Assembly (NCBI RefSeq): GCF_018977255.1
Contig: NW_024704743.1
Coordinates: 34,350,001-34,414,000 of the forward strand
Length of the DNA stretch: 64,000 bases
DNA from: Callorhinchus milii
Lineage: Eukaryota
Direction of reading: 5' to 3'
How positions within the stretch are numbered: the stretch's first letter is position 1; each line of letters opens with the position of its first letter. Below the pieces are notes generated by a model, which saw only the letters and a program-made list of their open reading frames with translations, was not told where the DNA came from and searched no databases. This document shows, in pieces, positions 38,551 through 49,590 of the stretch. The translations under genes and the position numbers were made by a program.

Positions 38551-39612
38551 TATTTCAGATTTTCAGTATCTGCACTTTTTCTTTTTAGGTTGTATGTCAG
38601 CCTGGCACAGTAGGTAGCATTCTCGCCTCTGAGTGAGAAGGTTGTGGGTTCAAGCTTCACATCAGGGCTTTTGAGTTCCTGACACTTCAATGTAATGATG
38701 TCAGAGGTACCATCCTTCAGATGAGGCATTAAACCAATGTCCCATCTCATCTGCCTGTTCAGGTAAGATCCAACAGTACTATTCGAAAACTGAAGGGAGT
38801 TTCACCCAATTGCCTAGCTAACAACCCACCTGATAAAATTGGTCATTCATTTCATTTTGGGGGGTCAGCTAGGTGTGAGACACATGCAGAAACCCATCAC
38901 CACGCTTTAAGAGTATCCAAACCAAACTGAGAGTTCTAATGTAACCCACCTACACTTGGAAATTCCCAAGATATTTATTAGAATGGAACGTGTTCTCTCC
39001 CTGGAGGGACGTATCTTGCTTACCTAATTCCGAAAAGTATTGATAACAACAAAATTACACTTGTACAGAGCCTTTCACGTCGGGAGGGCGTCCCAAGGAG
39101 GTGCAGGTTGGCAAGAGCCAAGACTTGTGGACCCCCAGAGTTACGTTGAGGTACTGCTGGAGTCTAACCAGCTAGAACTACCCAGCTTGCCATTCAAAGC
39201 ACCATCTGGCAAGCTTTCCTCTTTCCTGCTGCTTATCCAGCTAGGACCACCCTATCCATTAGGATTTTTTCTTGAACGAGTAAACAGGAACAACCCCTGC
39301 CCCTAGTGATCGGTCTGCCGATCCAAGTCTTGCCTATGAGCCAGAAGAGCGGACTACTGCAGACCTACCTCGCTCAGAATCTGGACTACTAAGACCACCA
39401 CAGAGGGTTAGCCTGAATCTGACATTCTATTGGCAAACGTGTCACAACAACAACAAGATTACATTTGTATAGTGTCTTTCACATCCAGGAGGACATCCCA
39501 AGGCGCTGGACAGTCAAGGATTTGGACCCGAGCTGGTGGTTGGGATCAGAAGGATTGGAGGGGAGGGAGGGCAGGGCAAGGAAGATGACACAACAACAAC
39601 AAAATTACATTT

Positions 39613-39938
39613 AATAAGAATAATCCTTGCATTTGATATAGCGCTTTTCACGTCGGGAGGACGTCCCAAAGCGCTTCACAAAACACACTGTAAAGTGAAT
39701 TGACTGTATATTTGTGGGCGAACGCGGCAGCCAATTGCGCACAGCAATGTCCCACAAACAGTCGTAGATTGAAAATGACCAATTTATTATTGTTTTTGTT
39801 TTTTTGGAGGGATTATTATTAGGGCTGTGTGTGGAGTAAGGAAACTTGCCCAAGGTTTCGCACTGACCTGCCTGGAACTGAACTCGGGTCTCTCGCTTGC
39901 AAAGCGAGTGCTCTAACCACTGAGCTACAGGACTCCAC
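39613..39938 (-). mobile_element. tRNA-Ala SINE, young short subfamily, inserted into an L2 tail
   Basis: Full head and tail; TACATT duplicated at 39606-39611 and 39939-39944. Confidence 0.92.
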
Positions 39939-40136
39939 TACATTATAGAGCGCCTTTCACGTCGGGAGGCACAGGAGGGAAGGGAGGGGGCGAGGCGAAG
40001 GGACTGTGGGATGGAGTTCCAAAGGCCAGGCCAGCGATGGTGGGTCGTGTGGGGGACACAGAGCAGCCCGGCTCCAAGTCTGTCCAGCTCTTAGACAATC
40101 CTGTTTACCTCCCACCAAGGAGCATAGTCACTTTAT

Positions 40137-41378
40137 GACAGAGGGAGAGAGGGCAGGGGGAGGGGACAGCGAGTGGGGGGGGGGGGGGGGGGAGAGGGGG
40201 AGGGGACAGCGAGTAGGGGGGGGGGGGGGGGGGGAGAGGACAGTGAGTGGGGGGGGAGAGGGGGAGAGGACAGTGAGTGGGGGGGAGAGGGGCGGAGGGG
40301 GAGGTGGAGGGGACAGTGAGTGGGGGGGGAGGGGCGGAGGGAGAGGTGGAGGGACAGTGAGGGGAGGGGGAGAGGGCGGGGGAGGGGCAGTGAGTGGGGG
40401 GGAGAGAGGGAGGGGACAGTGAGTGGGGGGGAGAGGGGGAGGACAGTGAGTGGGGGGGAGAGGGGCGGAGGGGAGGTGGAGGGGACAGTGAGTGGGGGGG
40501 AGAGGGGCGGGGGAGGGGGAGGGGACAGTGAGTGGGGGGGAGAGGGGCGGGGAGAGGGGGAGGGGACAGTGAGTGGAGGGGAGAGGGGCGGGGAGAGGGG
40601 AGGGGACAGTGAGTGGGCAGGGGGAGAGGGGCGGGGGAGGGGCGGGGACAGTGAGTGGGGGGGAGAGGGGCGGAGGGGAGGTGGAGGGGACAGTGAGTGG
40701 GGGGAGAGGGGCGGAGGGGGAGGGGAGGGGACAGTGAGTGGGGGGGAGGAGGGGGGGGGGAGAGGGGGGGGACAGTGAGTGGGGGGGGAGAGAGGGAGGG
40801 GACAGTGAGTGGGGGGGGAAGAGGGGGACAGTGAGTGGGGGGGAGAGAGGGGGGACAGTGAGGGGGGAGAGAGGGGGGAAGGGGGACAGAGAGAGAGGGG
40901 GGACAGAGAGAGGGGACAGAGGGAGGGGGGGAGAGGGGGGACAGAGGGAGGGGGGAGAGGGGGACAGAGGAGGGGAGGGGGACAGAGGGAGGGAGAGGGG
41001 GACAGAGGGAGGGAGAGAGGGACAGAGGGAGGGGGGAGAGGGGGACAGAGGGAGGGGAGAGGGGGGGGACAGAGGGAGGGGGAGAGGGGACAGAGGGAGG
41101 GGAGAGGGGGACAGAGGGGGGGGAGAGGGGGGACAGAGGAGGGGGAGGGGGGACAGAGGGAGTGGGAGGGGGGACAGAGGAGGGGAGAGGGGAGGACAGA
41201 GGGAGGGGGAGGGGGGGACAGAGGGAGGGGAGAGGGGGACAGAGGAGGGGGGGAGGGGGACAGAGGGAGGGGGAGAGGGGGGACAGAGGGAGGGGGAGAG
41301 GGGGGGGACAGAGGGGGGAGAGAGGGGGGGACAGAGGGAGGGGGGAGAGGGGGGACAGAGGGAGGGGGGGACAGGGAG
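40137..41378 (+). repeat. G-rich minisatellite (GGGGACAGTGAGT- and GGGGACAGAGGG-type units) in C18orf21 intron 1
   Basis: Tandem ~20-42 nt units, almost all purine on the + strand. Source of the spurious Pro/Gly-rich ORFs. Confidence 0.95.
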
Positions 41379-41379
41379 T

Positions 41380-41760
41380 GCGGAAGTGGCTGAAGGACCG
41401 GGGCCCCGCCCCCGCCCCGGGTGGCAGGAGGTGATGATGCGGCAGCACGTGGGCAGAGACTCAGCGCCGGGGCTGCGTGTGACACGCGCTCGGTCAGTTG
41501 GTCAGTTGGTGGTCGGTCGGTTGGTTACCTGCGGTGGGGGTGGAGATCGCTTTCCAGCCTCAGCCACGTGCGGGAGGTCACAGCGGGTGACACGGAGCTG
41601 CCCGTGTGCGCGCGCGCAGCTCCCGCCCCCGCTCTGTGTGTGCTGTAGGCCCCGCCTGCCCGGCCACACGGGGGCGCCCCCGAGCCGCCCCACCGACCGA
41701 TGTGGTCGGATTGGGCGGGTTCACACGCCCAATTGGGCGGGTTGGTGTGGGGAAGAAAAA
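41380..41760. promoter_or_regulatory. CpG-island promoter of C18orf21
   Basis: Dense CpG; NRF1-like TGCGCGCGCGCA (~41607), GC boxes, CCAAT/ATTGG (~41710, ~41730), CACGTG E-boxes (~41446, ~41565), ETS-like CGGAAGTG (41381). Confidence 0.78.
41529..41605 (-). other. C18orf21: Probable non-coding first exon (5' UTR) of C18orf21
   Basis: Donor CAG|GTAACC at 41529 inside the CpG island. The coding exon begins with an acceptor 1 nt before its ATG, so an upstream exon is required. TSS approximate. Confidence 0.7.
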
Positions 41761-41789
41761 ATAACAACTGATGTTGTCCCTCTGGTGCT

Positions 41790-41955
41790 GTGAGTGAAGC
41801 TCTGGTGCGAGAACATCAAGGTGGCTGTCACGCCACGAGTTGTCCCGCAAAGGTCCTCCCCTCCACGCTTGAGGCAGATGCTGGCCAGATAGCCGATGAG
41901 GAAGGCGCTACCTGGAGTCCGAGTTTGTGAACATGTACGGCCATCCGGTTGCCTG

Positions 41956-41986
<31 letters not shown>

Positions 41987-42520
41987 CCTCGCATTTGATA
42001 TAGCGCTTTGCACGTCGGGAGGACGTCCCAAAGCGCTTCACAGAACACACTGTAAAGTGAATTAACCGTATATTTGTGGGCGAACGCGGCAGCCAATCGC
42101 GCACAGCAGTGTCCCCACAAACAGTCGTGGACTGAAAATGACCAATTTATTATTGTTTTTGTTTTTTTGAAGGGATTACTATTAGGGCTGTGTGTGGAGT
42201 AAGGAAACTTGCCCAAGGTTTCGCCCTGACCTGCCCGGAATTGAACTCGGGTCTCTCGCTTGCAAAGCGAGTGCTCTAACCACTGAGCTACAGGACTCCA
42301 CACTGAGCTCCAGGAATCCACCTTGTTTGGCTTGCAGAGAGGCAAGCAGCGGCTGCTGAAACTCCGCACCTCCAATTGGTGGAACCATCACTCAATAGGA
42401 AGGGACATTTCCCCGAGCTGCGGACAGGAAGGCGGTGGCAATGACCTCACACATTTCATGCTGAGATGCGTTGCCCACCGGGAAGCTCGCAGGGAGCCCC
42501 TTGTGCCCACCATCTGCCTA
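41790..42520 (+). mobile_element. RTEX-like LINE C-terminal remnant (split by SINE 41957-42301); related copy at ~17755-17905 (minus)
   Basis: LLKLRTSNWW...IGR...LTHFMLRC..H.EAR resembles the KLR.S...GR...HFLL.C C-terminal motif; homologous DNA at 17.8 kb. Confidence 0.55.
41957..42301 (-). mobile_element. tRNA-Ala SINE, young short subfamily
   Basis: Near-identical to 39613-39938; long (ATT)n tail. Confidence 0.92.
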
Positions 42521-42824
42521 GTGGAGCCCTGTAGCTCAGTGGTTAGAGCACTCGCCTTGCAAGCGAGACACCTGGGTTCAGTTCCAGGCAGAGGGCGAAA
42601 CCATGGGCAAGTTTCCTTACTCCACACGTCTAATAATAATCCCTCCAAAAAAAAAATAATAAATTGGTCATTTTCAATCTACGACTGTTTGTGGGACACT
42701 GCTGTGCAATTGGCTGCCGGGTTTCGCCCACAAATATATAGTCAATTCACTTTACAGTATATTCTGTAAAGTCTAAAAGACGTGAAAAGCGCTATGTCAA
42801 ATGCAAGGATTATTATTATTATTA
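42521..42824 (+). mobile_element. tRNA-Ala SINE, short subfamily (an extra tail follows to ~42895)
   Basis: GTGGAGCCCTGTAGCTCAGTGGTTAGAGC...(ATT)n. Confidence 0.92.
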
Positions 42825-43082
42825 TGTTCTGTGAAGTACTTTGAGACATCTCGAAGATGTGATAAGGAGCTATAATCAAAGGCAAGGATTATTATAAAAT
42901 ATTTAAAAATATTATTGAGTTTCCATCAGAAAAAAACAATTAGGACGTTTACATTGATTCATTCATTGAGCGCATTACATGTGTTAGACCTACTGTTTCA
43001 AAGTTGAAGATTGTGGCGGGAAGTTACAATGGTAAACAAGGGTAAGCGGTATTGGCTTACAGTGGTAAGAAGGGTAGTTATG

Positions 43083-44833
43083 TGTTATGTTCTCAACAAA
43101 CGATGTGTAGAACACTCTTTTATTTCAGCTCACCAGTTACAAAATCAAACAGTCACACCAAAAGTCACACCAAAACCTTGAAGGCTTAGTTGAGGAAGGG
43201 CAGGAGGAGGCTCATGTGGAGCATAAACACCGGCATAGATCAGTTGGGCCAAATGGCCTGTTTCTGTGCTGTATATTCTAAGATATTCTTATGTAAAAAC
43301 TCTCTCTCAGTGCTTCCTGCTTTCTGCTTTTTCTACCTCCTGATCCCCTTCTACTGGTCCTAGACAATTGGTCCTTATTTATTAGTTGCTATCCAACATC
43401 TTCTCCTTTTTGGTTTCTTATTATTTTTATTCTTTGCATCTCAGTCTTGTTCAATTAATCTCCTTGTTGGTTTTACTACTCTTCCTGACCTGGTGGTTCT
43501 CGATATTTCTGGCATTCTCAGATCTTCCTTCTGCTCTTCTTTTTCTTCCTCTGTCCTTCTTTGGCGTATTTCCCATGATGTCCTCCGATATATTTTTCCT
43601 TTATCACTTTTAAGCCAATATGATATTGGGTTTTTATCCTTTTTCCAAATTTCTCCTTTTGTCCAACCTTCTGTTTTTAGGTTTTTCTTCCTGAATCATA
43701 TTCTCTCTCCTCTTGTAAAAGTTTTCACCTTTCCTGGCTCACTTTGTGGTTTCCCTTCATTTCTATTGTGTTGTACCTGTGGTCTCAATTTTTTATCTTC
43801 CAAGGTTAAAAAATCTCTTAACCATCTTGACATCAGTATTTGTGCTGGTGAATGTCCCTCATTGTCTTTCAGCATGTTTCTATAGGCCAGAATTGCCATG
43901 TGCTTATCTGCCTTTACGTTGTCTGTCTGCTTCCACATTTTCTTTATTGTCTGTATTTCTCGTTCCACCAGACCATTGCTTTGGTGAAGTTATTTTGTGG
44001 TTTATTTCCCACTGCTTGTGAATGTCTTGTACTCCTTGCTTGAAAATTGGGGCCCATTGTCACAAATTATCTCCTTTGGTATGCCTTGCCCGGCAAAGAC
44101 TTCCTTGGTTTTTTTCCACTATAGTTTCTGATGTTGTTTCATTCAACTCTGTATACTTACTATATTTCAACGTATCGTCTATTATCATTAAGTTATTTTT
44201 GCTATTATATTAAAACAAATCAGTTCCTATTTTGGTCCAGACTTTACTTGGTTTCTCATGTCATATCATTGGTTTGTGTCTGCTGGTTTTGATATCTCGC
44301 ACATTTTTCACATTTTCCAATATAGTCCTCTATCTGCTTAGTTCTGCCCATCCAAAACACTACTTCTCTCACTCTTCTTTTCATTTTTCTATTCCCCAAT
44401 GTCCTTTGTGTATGTTTTTCAATACTTTATTCTTGAATTCTTTTGGTATACTTATTCTATCTCCTTGATATATGATGGCGTTTGCTGGTATATTTCATTT
44501 CTGTATTCCCAGTATGGCCGAACCTCGTCTGGTGCCTGTCTTCTGTTTTTAGACCATCCTCTTTTCAGCATTGTCTGAATTGTTTTACTGATCATATCTC
44601 TTTTGTTTGCTTCTCTAATCTCTTTCTCCTGTCTTGTTGCCTTTGCTATTTCCCATACCTGGAATTCCATTTCTTTTTCTCATCCTCTTCATTAACCTTT
44701 TGACTGGTAGCTCGACTTAGTGTTCCTGCCACATATAGTGTTTTCCCAGGTTTGTACTGAAATTCAATGCTATATCTCTGTAGCTGTATTCTCATTCTTT
44801 GTAGTCTTGGCGGTGTTTTATTAAGCCCTTTTC
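43083..44833 (-). mobile_element. Gypsy LTR retrotransposon remnant: RNase H end, integrase, PPT and 3' LTR
   Basis: PPRLQRMRIQLQRYSIEFQYKPGKTLYVAGTLSRA; GWS...VRPYWEYRNEI; LAYRN...SPAQILMSR. PPT AAAAAGGAGAAGA abuts TGTT at 43398. The LTR ends AACA at 43083 and contains AATAAA and a CR1 tail inserted at ~43175-43290. Confidence 0.88.
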
Positions 44834-45720
44834 TCAGAACTCGATCCTCTGGGGGATGGAGAGCAAGTGGAGTCGGGCGAGGGTGGGAGTAATGGGGTCA
44901 CGGAGCCTGGTGTGTGAGAGTACATGAGCTGCAGAGTTTTGGATGATCTGCAGCTTGTGAAGGGAAGAGTTGGGAAGGCCGATGAGGAGGGAGTTCCCGT
45001 AATCGAGCCTTGAGGTGATGAATGTGTGGGTGAGGGTTTTGGCAGCCTGAGGGGTGAGGCAGTGGCGGAGTCTGGCAACGTTGCGGAGGTGGTGGTAGGC
45101 AGTGCCGGTCATTGTGCAGATGTGGGGGAGAAAGGACAGTTCAGGGTCAAACAAGACACCCAGGTTCCTGACTGGCTTAGTGAGGTTGAGTGTGTAGCCG
45201 TGGAGGCTGATGCTGCCAGCGCCCGAGGTGCGGAGGTGCTGGTGCGAGCCAATCAGGAGCGCCTCGGTCTTGCTGATGTTGAGTTGGAGAAAGTTGGCCC
45301 TCATCCAGGACTTGATGTCAGACAGGCAGTCGGTCGGGACGCCAGTAGTCCTGGAGTTGAGGGTGGAGGCAGAGAGATAGAGTTGGGTGTCATCCACATA
45401 CATGTAGAAATTTACCCCATGTCTGCGGATGATGTCACCAAGGGGGAGCATGTAGAGGGTGAAGAGGAAGAGACCGAGGACAGAGCCCTGAGGAATACTG
45501 CACAAGAAAGACGGTGCAGGGGCTGGAGGAGAAGTCGTTTGCTGCGACGAAGTGGAGGCGGTGTGAAAGGTAGCACCTGAGCCAGTCAAGGACAGAACCT
45601 TGAAGGTTGAGGTGGGAGGAGAGGTGGTGGAGGAGGACTGAGTGGTCCACGGTGTTAAAGGTGGCAGAGAGGTCGAGGAGGATGAGGAGGCAGAGGGAGC
45701 CCTGGTCACACATGGTCAGG
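44834..45720 (-). mobile_element. L2 LINE RT fragment (no 3' tail)
   Basis: IPQGSVLG...[10 protein letters not shown]...RNLGVLFD...[10 protein letters not shown]...IQNSAA. Confidence 0.93.
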
Positions 45721-48086
45721 ATTTCGTGGGGTGTGGTGGGGAAGATAAAAGATAAGCAGGCTTTTCTGATGTTAAATTGATTCTGTGGTAACATGCTTGG
45801 CAAAGCCAGGCAGGTTCACAATTATACAAGACAAATTAGAGGTGATTAGGTGTATCTCCAACTCTCTCTAAAAAAAATCAATCTTTGACGAGTAAAAGAA
45901 CCAGATTCGGAAAGATCTCTTCTTGTTTTGTACATTCAGTGCTCCTGCTCTCTGTTGAACTTAAATATTACTACAGCAATACCTTCTTCTTCCTCTCCAC
46001 TTTAATTCTAGGTCTTTCCACAGTTCGTGAACGAAGCCAGAACTACAGATATTTAAAATAAAACAAAATAAAATAAAACAATCGTGTACATGAAAGTTGG
46101 ATAAATGATTCTGTAAAGCGCTTTGAGACGTCTCGAAGACGTGAAAAGCACTATATCAAATGCAATGATTATTATAATATTATTATTACTCATGAGCAGG
46201 AGGTAGACAACTCACAGCAAATATTATCTCAGGCAATGGGTATGCCACCATAAACTCCTGAGGTAAGTGAGATACTGCTAAAGTAAGCATCAACCACCAG
46301 CACCAGACCGGCCACTGCACAAGCTCCTCATTGCACACTTGATCCAGTGAGTCTGCAATTTTCATACGTATTTAACAATCCCCCATTAATTCAATAATAA
46401 CAATCTTATATGATACAATGTATCAATTTTCATATGCATCCAACAATCCCCCCACCAATTCACTTACTTCATGGCTGTTTGTAGGACATCGCTGTGCAAA
46501 AAACTGGCTGTTGTGTTTGCCTACAAATCCAGTCACTAGTAAAATCCTGTGAAGTGCTTTGAGACATTTCGACAATGTGATAAGATGCTATTAGCAAATG
46601 CAAGGATTATTATTATATCTCCAATTCTTGGAACTGCTACCGTTTAGTCTTTACAGCATACTGTAATTAACTTTATTTTAGACACAGATAACAATGACTG
46701 CAAGGTCAACATGTACATCAGTTCATTAAGTTGTGCAGCTGGGTCATTCACTTCATGGCCATTTGTGGGAGATTGCCATCTTCAAATTGCCTGCAGTGAT
46801 TGTCCTACAAAATATACAGTCACTACGCTTTATGATGAAATCCTGTGACGTGCTTTGTGTTGGCACAGAAATGCCACTGAGGAAATGTCAATTAGAGGCA
46901 CCGTCCTATTCCATGCTTAACATTACTGCAGGCTTCTCCTTAAGGTGCCACCTGATCTGTGTGAGGATAGAACAGTGAAGCATGTTCGTGGTTTGGGAAT
47001 TCTTTGGTCATAGTTTTCCTTAATCGTTTTCCAAGACAATTAAATCTGGGGCCACAAGTGAATCTTGAAAGTTTTGATCCTCAACTCTACCACTGAGCAG
47101 TGGGAACATTCATAAGAGATACTCCACTCTGGCTGGCATCTAAAACAAGATATTCATAATGAGATTTTCACTTCATGGCTCCCAGTCATAAATAGCAACT
47201 GCTACTTCTGACCTCTGTCATGCTGACACCCCTCTCAGATAATGATAGAAGTACATTGTGTAACACACTTTGCAAAACATAGCACTATTTGAGACTCTGA
47301 ATTACTATTTGAATCGCTGAGTTTGAGACTATCATGTTCAATGTCTTGTGTAAGTAGGTCTCCTGCAGATAACACTGGCAGTGTCATTTCCTCAATGATA
47401 GATCGCAGTGCAGATAATTTGTGCTCCAGCACATTACTCAACTGGGAGAGAGTTCAGCTAGTGGCGAATGTGTTTAAAGTGGTTTGCTTCTGCTGTCTCC
47501 CCTTGTGTGTTATGAACATATCCATACTGCGCAAGAGCATCTTCCAATGTCATCTGAGTGAAGGCATGATCTTTGCAAAATGTGGAGTGGGAAGGCCTTG
47601 GGCAAGGAAAACTAGCTAATTGAGTTTTGTGAGATTGGATAGCTTTATATTAGCTAACGTTTGAAAGACAAAAACATTTCAGGGTTTCCTAAGCGCTCTG
47701 ATCTCTGCCTCCATCTTTCTAATTCATCACAAAAAGCCAGAGCACAGTTTCTCTTACAATTACAGACCATTTAAGTTCAGATTTTTAAATAATTACTGAA
47801 TTATTGTAAGAAGATTGGGTTTTCTTTTTCTGACCTTTATTAAAATTCACACATCCGATATTATCAGATTATCAGATATTAGCTTGGCTCAGGTGGAGGC
47901 ACTCTTGTCTCTGCATCACAAGGTTGTGAGTTCAAAGCCCGCGTTGAATTCATAGTTTTGGTTGACACTGCAATGCAACGCTGGGTGGCCATTGCAATGT
48001 GGGAGTTACTGTCCTTCAAATGAGATGTTAAAACAAGGGCCTGTCTGACTGTTTAGCTGGTCTTAAAAATCCCATGGCACTGTTCA

Positions 48087-48465
48087 TGTAGCTCAGTGCT
48101 TAGAGCACTTGTCTCGCAGGCGAGAGTCCTGGGTTCCAATCCCGGCAGGGCGAAACGTTGGGCAAGTTTCCTTACTCTACACGCCTCTGTTTACCTAGCA
48201 GTAAGTAGGAACCCGGCTGTTATTCGAACAGTGATCGCTTTTCCGGGGGTAATTTAATTCCTTCCAAAATTTAAAAAAAGTATAATAATAAATTGGTGAC
48301 CAATCCACGAATGTTTGTGGGACACTACTTGCGCAATTGGCTGCCGTGTTTCACCTGCAAAATCTACAGTCAATTCACTTTACGTTATATTCTATTGAAG
48401 CACTTTGAGAAGTTTCTAAGACGCAATAAGGCACTGTATCAAATGCAAGGATTATTATTATTATT
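48087..48465 (+). mobile_element. tRNA-Ala SINE (long subfamily) nested in a SacSINE1-like copy (~47878-48600)
   Basis: Head directly follows the older SINE's 5' half; the older 3' half resumes at ~48500. Confidence 0.85.
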
Positions 48466-49124
48466 AAATTCATCCCAGTTGACACATTTTTGGTCAAAAA
48501 TTCCCCAGATAAAATCAGTCACTCAATCATGGACATTTGTGGGACATTGCTGAATGCAAATTGGCTGTCACAATCACCTACAAGCGACAGAGTTACCACC
48601 AACAACAACAACAACTTGCATCAAATGCAAGGATTATTATTGTTATTAAAATAGTTAATGACACAACATTGAATTGTTTTCAGCAGAATACACAGTATTT
48701 ATAAATATAGTGATTTCCTACAGTGTTTTAAGGTTGATTTGGTGGGCGGAGTGGGGGGGGTGGTTACGTTCCTGCATTGCTGCATTAGTATTTGTTGGAA
48801 TACTAATTGGGAATGAATGGAGACTGTATGTATTTTATTTTATCCCCTCTATGGTGAATAACATGCTTGCTGATAATTTCTTATATTGTTCCATATTTAA
48901 AGCTGTGTTAGGAACATAAAGACAGGGTTTTGCCCATTCAACCATTCGAGCCCGCTCTAGCACTAAATTCATGGTAACTCTATAATTCCATTTCCCCACC
49001 TTTTCTCCATATCCCTTAATAAGAATAATCCTTGCATTTGATATAGCACCTTATTATGTCTTCTAGACATCTCAAAGCATCTAGTAGCTTACTGAGCATC
49101 TATCTCTCTGGGGCATATTGAACT

Positions 49125-49590
49125 GGGTGTCAGCCTGACTCAGTTGGTAAGCACTCTTGCCTCTGAGTCAGAAGGTTGTGGACTCAAGTTGCACTTCAGG
49201 ACTTGGAACTCATAGAGGATAAGAGGACACTCCAAAGCAGTGCTGGAGTGGGGCGGGGGTGGTGGTGGGGGGTTGCTACAATGCTAGAGGTGCTATCCTT
49301 TGGATGAGACATTAAACCAATGTCTGCCTGTTTAGGTGGATGTTAAAGATCTCATACTATTTGAAAAGAGAAGGGACTTTCTTCTGGTGCCCTGCCTAAC
49401 AACGCCTCAAATAAAATTGGGCATTCATTTGTTACTGTTTATGTCACATTGCTATGTGCAAATTGGCTGTCGCATTCACCCACAAAACACAGTCACTGAA
49501 CTTTATAGTATATCCTATGAAGTGCTTTGGGATGTCCTTCTTTATTGAAAGGTACTATAACAAATGTAAGGATTATCGTTATTATTATTT
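49125..49590 (+). mobile_element. SacSINE1-like Deu-SINE
   Basis: GGGTGTCAGCCTGACTCAGTTGG...CTCTGAGTCAGAAGGTTGTGG head, through to the tail. Confidence 0.82.

Noticed and set aside
40006..41793. Long Pro-rich and Gly/Arg/Glu-rich ORFs (up to 450 aa)
   Set aside because: Translations of the G-rich minisatellite, open in several frames because it lacks stop codons.
42521..42600. tRNA-Ala gene calls at SINE heads
   Set aside because: Each continues into the SINE body and (ATT)n tail, with imperfect acceptor/T stems. These are SINEs, not tRNA genes.
44834..45709. 291-aa ORF as an active or domesticated reverse transcriptase
   Set aside because: Frameshifted at the 5' side, truncated at both ends, with YVDD in place of YADD. 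A decayed L2 copy.
46011..46080. Acceptor-like site, short ORF and AATAAA on + strand
   Set aside because: Too short, with no linked upstream coding exon; the A-rich tract may be incidental.
47235..47441. Minus ORF LEHKLSALRSIIEEMTLPV... after a pyrimidine-rich AG
   Set aside because: No recognisable homology or partner exons; cannot be supported without expression data.
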